NCBI GenBank assembly: GCA_003649205.1
Contig: QMRC01000016.1
Coordinates: 1-36,109 of the forward strand
DNA: 36,109 nt
Source of the DNA: Thermoprotei archaeon
GTDB taxonomy: Archaea > Thermoproteota > Thermoprotei > Thermoproteales > B15-G16
Direction of reading: 5' to 3'
Both the position numbers and the translations under genes were made by a program. Below the pieces are notes generated by a model, which worked only from the letters and a program-made list of their open reading frames with translations, ran no database searches and was not told the origin of the DNA. Positions 8,991 to 17,730 of the stretch are shown here, piece after piece. Positions within the stretch are counted from its first letter, which is position 1. Each line of letters begins with the position of its first letter.

Positions 8991-9319
8991 CAAAGGAGCT
9001 GAGAATAACGCTAGCTATAGTAGGACCATCTGCTATCCTACTCATAATAAGGGGGCCATACATAAAGATAAAGGAGCACGAAAAGAAAGTCTTCTACAAA
9101 TTAATGATTGCAGAACTACCAAAGAGAAGTCGAGGACAAGTTAAGGAAATACTCTCAATAGTGCTAAAACCAACAGCTCTTAAAGAACTCAAGGACAAGA
9201 TAGAAGAACTACTTTCGGAAGTAGAAATAGAGCCAGAAGAATTAGCAGTTTATTATGTAAAGCAAGCTTATGAATACCTAAGAAATGCAGTAAGATTACT
9301 TCAGCAAAAAGATATGTAA
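8987..9319 (+). CDS. Hypothetical protein, third gene of the radA operon (possible ssDNA-binding protein)
   Basis: ATGA overlap with the radA stop; basic beta-rich N-terminus followed by helices. Function is inference only. Confidence 0.65.
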   Translation: MTKELRITLAIVGPSAILLIIRGPYIKIKEHEKKVFYKLMIAELPKRSRGQVKEILSIVLKPTALKELKDKIEELLSEVEIEPEELAVYYVKQAYEYLRNAVRLLQQKDM

Positions 9320-9326
9320 GCATGAT

Positions 9327-9710
9327 CTAGCAAGTACACTTCTCCTCAATAAGTTTGTGGACCAACTTACAATACTCCTCATCACCATCTATGTAGCATT
9401 GGAGAGCAATGAAGAACAGTTTATCCATGAGTTCACACTGAATATCAGGCGGAGCACTTACCTTACTTGAGTGTTTGCAGTCTTCGTAAATATGCTGCAC
9501 ACAAGCAAGAAATGCCTCTAACCTTTCCTCCAATGATTTATACTCTTGAGCAATCTCAATACAAGCCTCAAGATCATGTCTATGCTTTCGATGATTACAG
9601 CCAGGTTTCTGCTTAACAGGTTCATCAATCCATTTGTTAACCTCTTTACAGATCTCCCTTTTGATACCAAGCTCAATACACTTACGAACATGTTCTCGTC
9701 CTATTGGCAT
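9327..9710 (-). CDS. Cys/His-rich small protein, putative metal-binding or hydrolase-like
   Basis: Pattern H..W.D.P..HR.HRHD..QHIYED plus many Cys. Confidence 0.65.
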   Translation of the reverse strand: MPIGREHVRKCIELGIKREICKEVNKWIDEPVKQKPGCNHRKHRHDLEACIEIAQEYKSLEERLEAFLACVQHIYEDCKHSSKVSAPPDIQCELMDKLFFIALQCYIDGDEEYCKLVHKLIEEKCTC

Positions 9711-9754
9711 ACCAACTAGCCCCTAGTAAGCATGTCATCTAAGGGAGAAAAACT

Positions 9755-10213
9755 TCAACATGGTAATTGTACTGACTTCCTCACTAATTCACACCATTTA
9801 AAGAACCTATTAGCTATGTCAACATCCTGAATGACACGTCTGTAAATAGCAACAGCACCAATGTGAGTACAAATCCTACGAACATAACCATACAATCTAA
9901 GTTGACACTCACATCTATATCTACGTTCACGAGGGAAATAGAATACGTGATATGTTGGGTAGTGATCACCGAATTCCCTCAAACCTCTAACGATGTAATG
10001 GCCTTCAGAAATCTCATCAACAAAGAAACAACGAACAACAGAACGAACATAAAATGAAAGAGATCGATCAGGAAATACCGTGTAAGCAATTGAATATAGC
10101 TCACGAATAAGCTTACCCAAAGAAGAGTAGGAAACCGGACGGTAAGGATGCCGAATACAGTGCTCAACAAATCTAATGAACTCACGAATAGAGGAAAAAG
10201 GAAGAGAAGACAT
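9755..10213 (-). CDS. SWIM zinc-finger protein
   Basis: Y.V......YRCECQ...RICTHIGAV matches the CxC-xn-CxH SWIM signature. Confidence 0.8.
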   Translation of the reverse strand: MSSLPFSSIREFIRFVEHCIRHPYRPVSYSSLGKLIRELYSIAYTVFPDRSLSFYVRSVVRCFFVDEISEGHYIVRGLREFGDHYPTYHVFYFPRERRYRCECQLRLYGYVRRICTHIGAVAIYRRVIQDVDIANRFFKWCELVRKSVQLPC

Positions 10214-10231
10214 AGGTATTGAGAAGGTAAA

Positions 10232-10675
10232 CTAGCTAACTTCAACATAGCCACTAAAAGCCTTGATAGTTGATTCTGGTGTTGTATTAAAGTGAACAAC
10301 AATCTCCAAGTAGACAGCAGATCCTCTAGTAACGTCAATTCCCAATGTTGTTGTAACATACTTTGATCCACCTGGTGGCACACTTACTGTTACACTTGCA
10401 GCTGATGATCCATCAATGTAGATTTCTACCTCTGAAATACTATACTTTGAGTGATTCTTCAGATTAAACGATATTATGTCTGTACCTCTAGCTCCCCTAT
10501 CAATGATAGATACATCCTCAGCTTTAGCACTAAGACTCATGCTTCTTAACGCAGTTGGCATCCAGCCACCTAACCAACCCCAGATTAAAGCAATGGCAAT
10601 TGCTGTTACTACAGTAGTTAGTACGACTGCTATTACGTATGATACTGCAGCTCTTCTTCTCCTCACTAAACTCAC
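10232..10675 (-). CDS. Archaeal type IV pilin (probable major pilin)
   Basis: Class III signal peptide RRRRAA/VSYVIAVVLTTVV followed by a hydrophobic helix and a beta-rich Ig-like domain (FNLKNHS..ISEVEIYIDG, VPPGGS). GAGGTG RBS and its own promoter-sized gap upstream. Confidence 0.8.
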   Translation of the reverse strand: MSLVRRRRAAVSYVIAVVLTTVVTAIAIALIWGWLGGWMPTALRSMSLSAKAEDVSIIDRGARGTDIISFNLKNHSKYSISEVEIYIDGSSAASVTVSVPPGGSKYVTTTLGIDVTRGSAVYLEIVVHFNTTPESTIKAFSGYVEVS

Positions 10676-10786
10676 CTCAATCTGAGATACATATGTCAGA
10701 TTTATAGGTGTATCTGTATACAGATAGATATTGCGAGATATCGCGTGATAGAAGGTAAAGGGTAAGAGGTATTGTAGTACCTCAAG

Positions 10787-11200
10787 CTACTGATTTGAGC
10801 TTTCACCCTCTACGAGCCTTGTAATTTCGGTAACTTCGTCACGAAGCTTCTTGATCGATTCAATGCTCTTAATCATCTTCTCAATTACTGATACCTGCTT
10901 CATCAAAGCATCCCGTAATTGCTGCAATTCCTTCTCTTTCTCAAGAATACTATCGAGACGTTCTCTTATGGAATAGAGCTCAGTTCTAATACTATCACTA
11001 ACCCTTTGAGCAAACATCACTAATCTACTTACCTCCCTAACTACTTCATCTAGTGATGTAATTTCTGCTGTAACTTCCTTGAACTCACTTTCACTTGTTG
11101 TCTGTTCCCTCTTCGCATTTTTGAGATATCTCGAGATATCAATTTCAGTCATGGTATCACCATGAGATACAATATAGTACCGGGGGAAATAAGTTACCAC
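10787..11200 (-). CDS. Coiled-coil protein (likely start near 11152)
   Basis: Heptad-rich E/K/R/L helix along most of its length. Confidence 0.65.
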   Translation of the reverse strand: MVTYFPRYYIVSHGDTMTEIDISRYLKNAKREQTTSESEFKEVTAEITSLDEVVREVSRLVMFAQRVSDSIRTELYSIRERLDSILEKEKELQQLRDALMKQVSVIEKMIKSIESIKKLRDEVTEITRLVEGESSNQ

Positions 11201-11205
11201 ATTAC

Positions 11206-11595
11206 TTAAGGTAGAACAACAACTCTAGCAACATGTCCCTTAGATAGCTCATTTGAATAAGCAATAATTGCAATTGTGACAGAAGAACCTGGTTTAAGTT
11301 CAATTGAGTGCGGTATAACGACTTTCTTAAGTTCACCACGAGCAATATGAACATCAGCACACCCAATAACTGTATTGTCAACTCTAACCTCGACCTTATC
11401 TATCACTACAGTTCCAGTATTTGAAATAACGACAACAGTTCTTGAGCTATAGACTTTCAGATCAAATACCTCGAAATCAAGTCTTGTGACTAAGGTACGT
11501 GAAAACCAGAGGAAGTAACTTATCGTAATTGAGCAGAGAAGAATAGTAAGAGCAATGAGGAGAACAGTTGAAACAACTTCACGCATAGACTTCAC
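11206..11595 (-). CDS. Type IV pilin-like protein
   Basis: MKS/MREVVSTVLLIALTILL N-terminus, then ISNTGTVVIDKV and LKPGSS motifs typical of archaeal pilins. Confidence 0.75.
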   Translation of the reverse strand: MKSMREVVSTVLLIALTILLCSITISYFLWFSRTLVTRLDFEVFDLKVYSSRTVVVISNTGTVVIDKVEVRVDNTVIGCADVHIARGELKKVVIPHSIELKPGSSVTIAIIAYSNELSKGHVARVVVLP

Positions 11596-12194
11596 CTCAA
11601 TCTAACTAGGTACTTCTCAATAACTTCAAGAACCATAGTACGTGAGGTAAAGGAATCAACTAATCTACCATCGACATATACCCTGTAGTTCACAGGACTT
11701 GAAAAAGCTCTTGAATACACGAATTTTCTAGCTCTAAAACCATAGATACCAGGTTCAATACGTGGTGGTAACTTCACAATGGTAATAGCGATACTACTAC
11801 CTTTCCTCCTATAGACTATACAAGGTTCAACAATGAGAGGTCCAGGTTTTGATGCTGAGTTGTAGTAAGCATATACACCGTAGCTAGTGCTAATGTAGTC
11901 ACTACCAAGAACTACACCAGATCCAATTAATTCACTAGCAATCACTACAGATCTGTTACATACATGAACAACAATTGGGCTATTACCTACCTTCACAGTA
12001 ATAACAACTTGCTTATCAATAACATTGTAGCTTTTAGTAGCTACGTACTTAGTACCCTCCCTACATGCAGTAACTAATCTCCCCAAGTCCTCAATAATAG
12101 CTTCATGTTTGTGATCACCTATGTAGTGAAGTACAGTAATAGCAATCAAGGTAGTAGCAAGAAGTAATAGAACATACTCAACACATCTCCTCAC
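11592..12194 (-). CDS. Minor pilin-like protein
   Basis: MRRCVEYVLLLLA N-terminal hydrophobic helix with a beta-rich body; coupled stop/start in the pilin operon. Confidence 0.6.
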   Translation of the reverse strand: MRRCVEYVLLLLATTLIAITVLHYIGDHKHEAIIEDLGRLVTACREGTKYVATKSYNVIDKQVVITVKVGNSPIVVHVCNRSVVIASELIGSGVVLGSDYISTSYGVYAYYNSASKPGPLIVEPCIVYRRKGSSIAITIVKLPPRIEPGIYGFRARKFVYSRAFSSPVNYRVYVDGRLVDSFTSRTMVLEVIEKYLVRLR

Positions 12195-12535
12195 TTAATC
12201 ACCTCAAGAACAATAGTACCATTTTGAAGTACTCTAATAGCTATGATTGACGCATAGAGCACACAGTCCCTACATGATCTAGATAGTTTGACACTGCAGG
12301 AAGCTCCATTGAATGCTACGTGAAGTACACCATTACTTACATTGATGTAGGTCCTAAATGGAAGTACAATGACAGCATCCTGATTAGTAAGGTCAATCAA
12401 TTGTCTAAGCTTAAGAGCACAGTAACTACAGTATAGTTGGCTAAAATTGGGAATATAGTGAAGTAGAGATAGTGTCATTATGAGGACTATACCCGATAAG
12501 GTGATGAACATAATTGTGTATCTCATTGTAGTCAC
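12191..12535 (-). CDS. Minor pilin-like protein
   Basis: N-terminal hydrophobic helix, Cys pairs, coupled operon position. Confidence 0.55.
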   Translation of the reverse strand: MTTMRYTIMFITLSGIVLIMTLSLLHYIPNFSQLYCSYCALKLRQLIDLTNQDAVIVLPFRTYINVSNGVLHVAFNGASCSVKLSRSCRDCVLYASIIAIRVLQNGTIVLEVIK

Positions 12536-12536
12536 C

Positions 12537-13073
12537 TCATGTAAGCACTACACGTATGTGTATACCTTGACACCAGATTTCAAATGATGTGATCAAGCCT
12601 TTGAAAATGAGAATGTACCTATCATGATACCTTATTAGAGCTGGTTTAGGAACTATTGAAAATTCGTCAAATGTGTTAATCTTAGCTTCGACAATGGACA
12701 TATTAGCTACGTAGAGGTAGTTGAGCACCACACAGCTGAGGTAGAGATGAACTTCATAGCGATACTTCATACCATAATCAGGTTCAACAAATCTATACGC
12801 TACAGTAACATTAACAACTCTCTCACTAATTGTATCGTTGATGATGCTGTACTCAACATCGAGATTCAAATAGCTTAAGGTGGTAGGTAGTACATCAATT
12901 AACTTAGAGTCGCTATACTGACAATACTTCACAGCTTCAATAGTAGCTCTAAACAATTCAGCTTCATAGATGTATGTTGGTATTAACTCAACTTTCGTAG
13001 TTGCTGCACAGTACAGAAATAGAATACTCACTGTGACCAGAATTACCACGGGTATAGCTAGAAGAACCTTCAT
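12537..13073 (-). CDS. Minor pilin-like / secreted protein
   Basis: N-terminal hydrophobic helix, operon position. Confidence 0.55.
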   Translation of the reverse strand: MKVLLAIPVVILVTVSILFLYCAATTKVELIPTYIYEAELFRATIEAVKYCQYSDSKLIDVLPTTLSYLNLDVEYSIINDTISERVVNVTVAYRFVEPDYGMKYRYEVHLYLSCVVLNYLYVANMSIVEAKINTFDEFSIVPKPALIRYHDRYILIFKGLITSFEIWCQGIHIRVVLT

Positions 13074-13483
13074 AGACCAACCACCAGCGCAATTTCAATT
13101 TTATGCATTGTACCAGATTCAGGATCAAAGTAGGGGATTGTGATGTAAGCTCTATCGACTATATGATTAATTTCCTGACCAACTGTGTATCTCAATACAT
13201 CATCAATGTATATGAGCATGTGGTACCTGAAACCCAACTTACAAATACTCTTCATGAACTTTTCAAGAACCTCAATATCACCATGGTAAGCTGCTTCAAC
13301 AAACTTAGCATCTGTAACTAATCTAGCTAAGTAACTACCTGCATTAACCACTGGAGTTGTGTAGATATGAGGCTGTATGTGGTGAAGGTATATGAGGAAG
13401 GTAGCTAGGAGTACAGCTACAATTGCTGTAAGAAGTATTAGCTGAATAGTGAATATCTGTCCTCTAATAACCATCACCTCCAA
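13070..13483 (-). CDS. Minor pilin with class III signal peptide
   Basis: IRG/QIFTIQLILLTAIV matches the (K/R)G-Q cleavage motif. Confidence 0.7.
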   Translation of the reverse strand: MEVMVIRGQIFTIQLILLTAIVAVLLATFLIYLHHIQPHIYTTPVVNAGSYLARLVTDAKFVEAAYHGDIEVLEKFMKSICKLGFRYHMLIYIDDVLRYTVGQEINHIVDRAYITIPYFDPESGTMHKIEIALVVGL

Positions 13484-14040
13484 CTTCTGTAAAGTTCACA
13501 TATCATTAGCACAGAATTGACGTATGTGTAGTAGCGGCTAATGAGGTGAAACTTCGTAATTAATTCAGGATCGAGAGGTTTTACTGAGCCATTAATGATC
13601 ATTATCTCTCGTGGTTCTGTCCAGTACCTAGAACCACTGATGTAGATTAGAGGTTTGAGTTCTCTGGAAAATATCCTACCTAAGCGGTCAATAACCACTA
13701 CATGGCTGACAGGTGCACCTGGTAATACCTTGAGACAGCTACAGTCTCTAGACCAGATAATAATCCAATGTGTAGTTTGGGCAGTTAGAGTCTTAGGTCC
13801 AGAAACCTCGTAGAGTACTGTAGTTTCCGTACTTGGATCGAAATCAATTACATAATACAGCCCTGGGTCTTCGATCCTAACTAAATTACCGAATCTAGAT
13901 GCATTAACTTCAGCAAAACGATAGACAACAACATCATACTCGGGAGTGAGGAATTTAGATAACTGAGTCTCAACAAAGAGAATAGCTGAGAAGACTAGTA
14001 AGATAGCGAGAGTAGTTGTTATGATGAATTCAATCTGCAT
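13474..14040 (-). CDS. Minor pilin-like protein
   Basis: Begins MQIEFIITTTLAILLV (Q..EF pilin-type N-terminus) with no basic leader. Confidence 0.6.
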   Translation of the reverse strand: MQIEFIITTTLAILLVFSAILFVETQLSKFLTPEYDVVVYRFAEVNASRFGNLVRIEDPGLYYVIDFDPSTETTVLYEVSGPKTLTAQTTHWIIIWSRDCSCLKVLPGAPVSHVVVIDRLGRIFSRELKPLIYISGSRYWTEPREIMIINGSVKPLDPELITKFHLISRYYTYVNSVLMICELYRSWR

Positions 14041-14050
14041 ACTTCAACAC

Positions 14051-17000
14051 CTACTCCCTAACCTCAAGTAGGGTAGCACCATAATCAGACGTGTTCACGA
14101 ATACTACGAAGTCAGCTACAGAACCCCAAGCAATTACGTAGACAGCATACCTTCTTGGTAACTCTAGCTCGCTCTTGTACACAACTACATACCCACTACT
14201 ATCAGTTGCATAAGTGTAGGATCTAGTTTCAGAAGTATCGAGGTCAATTACGAGAATTGTAATGTTACCACGTACAGGTACTAGTACGCTTCCATTGAAT
14301 GTACATAGCTGGAGTACATACCTATCATCGTAAATGCCCTTAACAACAACTGCAAGTTGCTGAATCCTAATGACAGCACCAAAATGTGCACTGGCATTCG
14401 CGTAAGGTCTTAATACAGCATACTCAACTCTATACAGATCATGGTACTTAGACGTCTGAACACAGGTATAAACATTCGATATCAGTATAGTCCTGTTTAC
14501 TTCATCAATGGTTACTCTAATTGGTAGTGAATACTTGAGGTACGTGTATGGTATGTCTCTGTACCAGTGTACGTAGGTATTATCATAACACCACTTGAGC
14601 ATGATCATTAGTCTATACCTAGATGTATCGAGCCACTCCTGATACACATGTGCAATGTATACCTTCGATATCACTATCTGTGTTGTACCATTCTTCACCA
14701 ACTCACCATCAACATACAACCACCAACTAAATGAGACTATGGTCCAGTTCCTATCACCTAACTCAATGTAGTAATCAATGCTGTACTTCTTCCTGAAGTA
14801 CTCTGCTAATGAACTCTCCCTAGCATTTACTAGAAATAGCATATCTTTCTGCTCTGGAACTCTGATACAGTGCTTACTACATCCCTCAATGAATTTGCAT
14901 ATCCTCAACTTTAAGCACTTACAGCACTTAATGTACTTAAGCTCCTTATTACTCGTGACATTACTTAGGACAAGTATCCACTTAGGTACATCCATTACGA
15001 AGGTAACGTTGTGCTTACCTACCGCAGTAATGTTGAAATGTAGCTGAACAACGAAGAAGTCACCAGGCCAAAGAATGTTAGACTCAACTGGATTTACACT
15101 ATTTGTGTACAGTGGATCAAATTGCTTAACAACAACTTCCATTGAATTAATCTCGAACTGAATCTGCACATACACAGCAACAGCCGTTAATTCAGAGCTA
15201 TCAGGAACCTGAATAGTGACCTCAGTAGAGCTATACTCCACACCACCAACAACCCACCTAACAAAGACGTACTTACTTCCCTCAATAATGACCTCACTAG
15301 GTGCAGTTAATGTTACTTTAAATGTTGAGGATTCACCGACTTTCTCTACTTTGAGAGTAAAGGGAGTAACACCACTACCACTCCCTATAGTTGGGTTATC
15401 AGATTGATAATCAATCACTACACTTAGTTCCTTACCTTCACTCGTCATAGCATGTACATTGAGCAGTGAGGTGTGGATAGCCTCCTTGTACACTGCTGTT
15501 ATGCTCTTGACATCACGAAGTGAAGCTATTACTTCAGTCTCGTGTACTGTAGTCTTAGTACCGTTTAGGAACTCAACTACGTAGTGGTCAAGTACGTACA
15601 CTCCATACTCCTTCTGTGCTTGAACGGAAACCTCTGTAACTGGTACGTGAATTCTAAGCACCTCATCCCTAAGTATTGCAGTTACCTCAATGGGTATGTA
15701 CCTCAGGTCTAGGTTTTGGTCTACGAATACGTACCCGTGCTTAACGAGTTCAAGGAGGTACTCCTGAGTACCAACTACCTTAACGACCCAATCCCTCAAT
15801 ATAGCGAAGTTATCAACGTAGAGAGTACCCTTGCAGCAACCCCACCTACCGAAGGATATTACAAACCTACTACCTCCTCCAGAGCTGTACTTCTCGATAT
15901 TGCTTATAGTCCAGATATCGCTCCACCACTCATATGATAGGAATTTACCGTCGCCTCTCCACCACAGAGATACGTAGGTACCGTAGTCTCCTGTATCACA
16001 GTAGCGAAGTGGATGTAGTGTCCCCCAAGTACCACCACCGTAGTACGCTGAAACCCTTAGATCTCTACCGTAGTCCCACGTCCTAAGTGCTGGGGCTACA
16101 CCACCTACCTTCGCATCCCTCCAGCTAAGGTGCCACTTGAGGTCGGAACCATAACTTGGGTTGGTCTGAAGCCTATACCTAATCCACATTAAGACGATTC
16201 CTGTCTTCGGTACTGATATCTTCGGGTAGAGACTGTACCAGTTATCTGAGTCAATAGTGATAGCCAGCACCTTACCTGCGTCACTAAGTGTAACTACCTT
16301 GACTTTACCCACATCTATCCCACTACCTCCCCACCTCTTGGAGAGCTCGCTAGTATCGCTATACTGCTCGAAGTTGTCGAAGAACACGAGCCCAGCAACG
16401 ATTCTCACCACACGGCCTCCCTCAATCGTGTACACATCCCCTCCACACACATCACCTCTGTACTCAGCGAAGACACTTAGCGACATATTCACATCTACTA
16501 CACCGCTACTACCAGTAGTAGTCTCTATGGTTACTACTGGAACGTACGTGATAGGTCTAGGCGTTACATTGAACTGAACACCCTCTATAGGACTACCCTC
16601 TACCGTGATTGCCCTCAGTGTGAAAACCCTTGCTCCGAGAACTACGTCGAGTCTAACTCTCTTCACGTCAATTCCATAGAGCTTTAGGTTCGGTAGCTTG
16701 AAGATGAATGTATCGAACACCTTATTTGAGGAGCGGTAGACCGTACGCGGACCTCCCACCGCTACCTCTGCTCCATGCTCTCTCGTAATCACCTTCTTAC
16801 AGTAGTGAAGATCTAGCTGACCGATTACGTTCCTCAGATAGAGCCAGTTATCACCGATCTCAACTCGGTAGGTTAAGTACATCTCCCTCTTATCAGGGTC
16901 GTAACCTAAATGCACCCTCACTTGAGAACCAGGACTCAATTTAATCCACTTCTTACCTGCGTAGTCCCAGACATAGACCTTAACCTCATCAGAGAAGTAG

Positions 17001-17728
17001 CTCGGAAACACATGATCAAACCTAACAGAAAGCTCCCAAGTACTAGGAGCACTAGGTGAAGACTGACCACCACCTTCAGTTTCTTCATAAGCTGAGGCTG
17101 CTGTACCTGCCCAAGCTCTTAGATCGACATACACATTATAACTACCCCAAACAGCCATTACAATACCCCATACCTTAGCAAACGCTGCATTAGGTTCACC
17201 ATATAACTTAGCTCTAGTACATGACTCTACTTTACCCTGTGGATTAGTGACTTTTATTCTACAGACCTTCCATACACGACCTGCCCCCTTCTCCTTCGTT
17301 TCAGATATAGTGCCCTCAACTATTGCATGGTAGGTTCTCTCCTCAGTATCTAACCTAGAGGTATTACCATAGTAGAGCCAACCATAGGTATAGCCATGTT
17401 CATATGCTTCACACCTAGTTTTAATGGTTACACCATTAGGATCAGCACAAACATACGTACCATGCTCAAACTGAATATAGTAGACAGCTTCCTTAGCTTT
17501 CCAAGTACGATACTTATAACCAGTATCCTTCTCACCCCTCTCCTCTAGTGGACCATATTCCTCTCCTGGACGAGGTTTTGAATCGTATATGTGTACGTAG
17601 TGATCTACGTCAGCACGATTCCACTCATAACCAGTACAGAAGACCGTTAATATGCTGTATGCTGAGAAAAATGATAGTAGTATTACGGCTAATATTATGA
17701 GGAATAAGTGATTTCTTCTACTTCTCAT
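14051..17728 (-). CDS. Large secreted/surface adhesin-like protein (1225 aa) with beta-sandwich repeats and a lectin/LamG-like domain
   Basis: Basic N-terminus plus TM/signal; V/T/Y-rich. FFDNFE....W and TLYVDNFAI bracket a ConA-like segment; L.V.A.T.EG..TAVY repeats; many N-x-S/T sequons. Confidence 0.75.
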   Translation of the reverse strand: MRSRRNHLFLIILAVILLSFFSAYSILTVFCTGYEWNRADVDHYVHIYDSKPRPGEEYGPLEERGEKDTGYKYRTWKAKEAVYYIQFEHGTYVCADPNGVTIKTRCEAYEHGYTYGWLYYGNTSRLDTEERTYHAIVEGTISETKEKGAGRVWKVCRIKVTNPQGKVESCTRAKLYGEPNAAFAKVWGIVMAVWGSYNVYVDLRAWAGTAASAYEETEGGGQSSPSAPSTWELSVRFDHVFPSYFSDEVKVYVWDYAGKKWIKLSPGSQVRVHLGYDPDKREMYLTYRVEIGDNWLYLRNVIGQLDLHYCKKVITREHGAEVAVGGPRTVYRSSNKVFDTFIFKLPNLKLYGIDVKRVRLDVVLGARVFTLRAITVEGSPIEGVQFNVTPRPITYVPVVTIETTTGSSGVVDVNMSLSVFAEYRGDVCGGDVYTIEGGRVVRIVAGLVFFDNFEQYSDTSELSKRWGGSGIDVGKVKVVTLSDAGKVLAITIDSDNWYSLYPKISVPKTGIVLMWIRYRLQTNPSYGSDLKWHLSWRDAKVGGVAPALRTWDYGRDLRVSAYYGGGTWGTLHPLRYCDTGDYGTYVSLWWRGDGKFLSYEWWSDIWTISNIEKYSSGGGSRFVISFGRWGCCKGTLYVDNFAILRDWVVKVVGTQEYLLELVKHGYVFVDQNLDLRYIPIEVTAILRDEVLRIHVPVTEVSVQAQKEYGVYVLDHYVVEFLNGTKTTVHETEVIASLRDVKSITAVYKEAIHTSLLNVHAMTSEGKELSVVIDYQSDNPTIGSGSGVTPFTLKVEKVGESSTFKVTLTAPSEVIIEGSKYVFVRWVVGGVEYSSTEVTIQVPDSSELTAVAVYVQIQFEINSMEVVVKQFDPLYTNSVNPVESNILWPGDFFVVQLHFNITAVGKHNVTFVMDVPKWILVLSNVTSNKELKYIKCCKCLKLRICKFIEGCSKHCIRVPEQKDMLFLVNARESSLAEYFRKKYSIDYYIELGDRNWTIVSFSWWLYVDGELVKNGTTQIVISKVYIAHVYQEWLDTSRYRLMIMLKWCYDNTYVHWYRDIPYTYLKYSLPIRVTIDEVNRTILISNVYTCVQTSKYHDLYRVEYAVLRPYANASAHFGAVIRIQQLAVVVKGIYDDRYVLQLCTFNGSVLVPVRGNITILVIDLDTSETRSYTYATDSSGYVVVYKSELELPRRYAVYVIAWGSVADFVVFVNTSDYGATLLEVRE

Positions 17729-17730
17729 GG

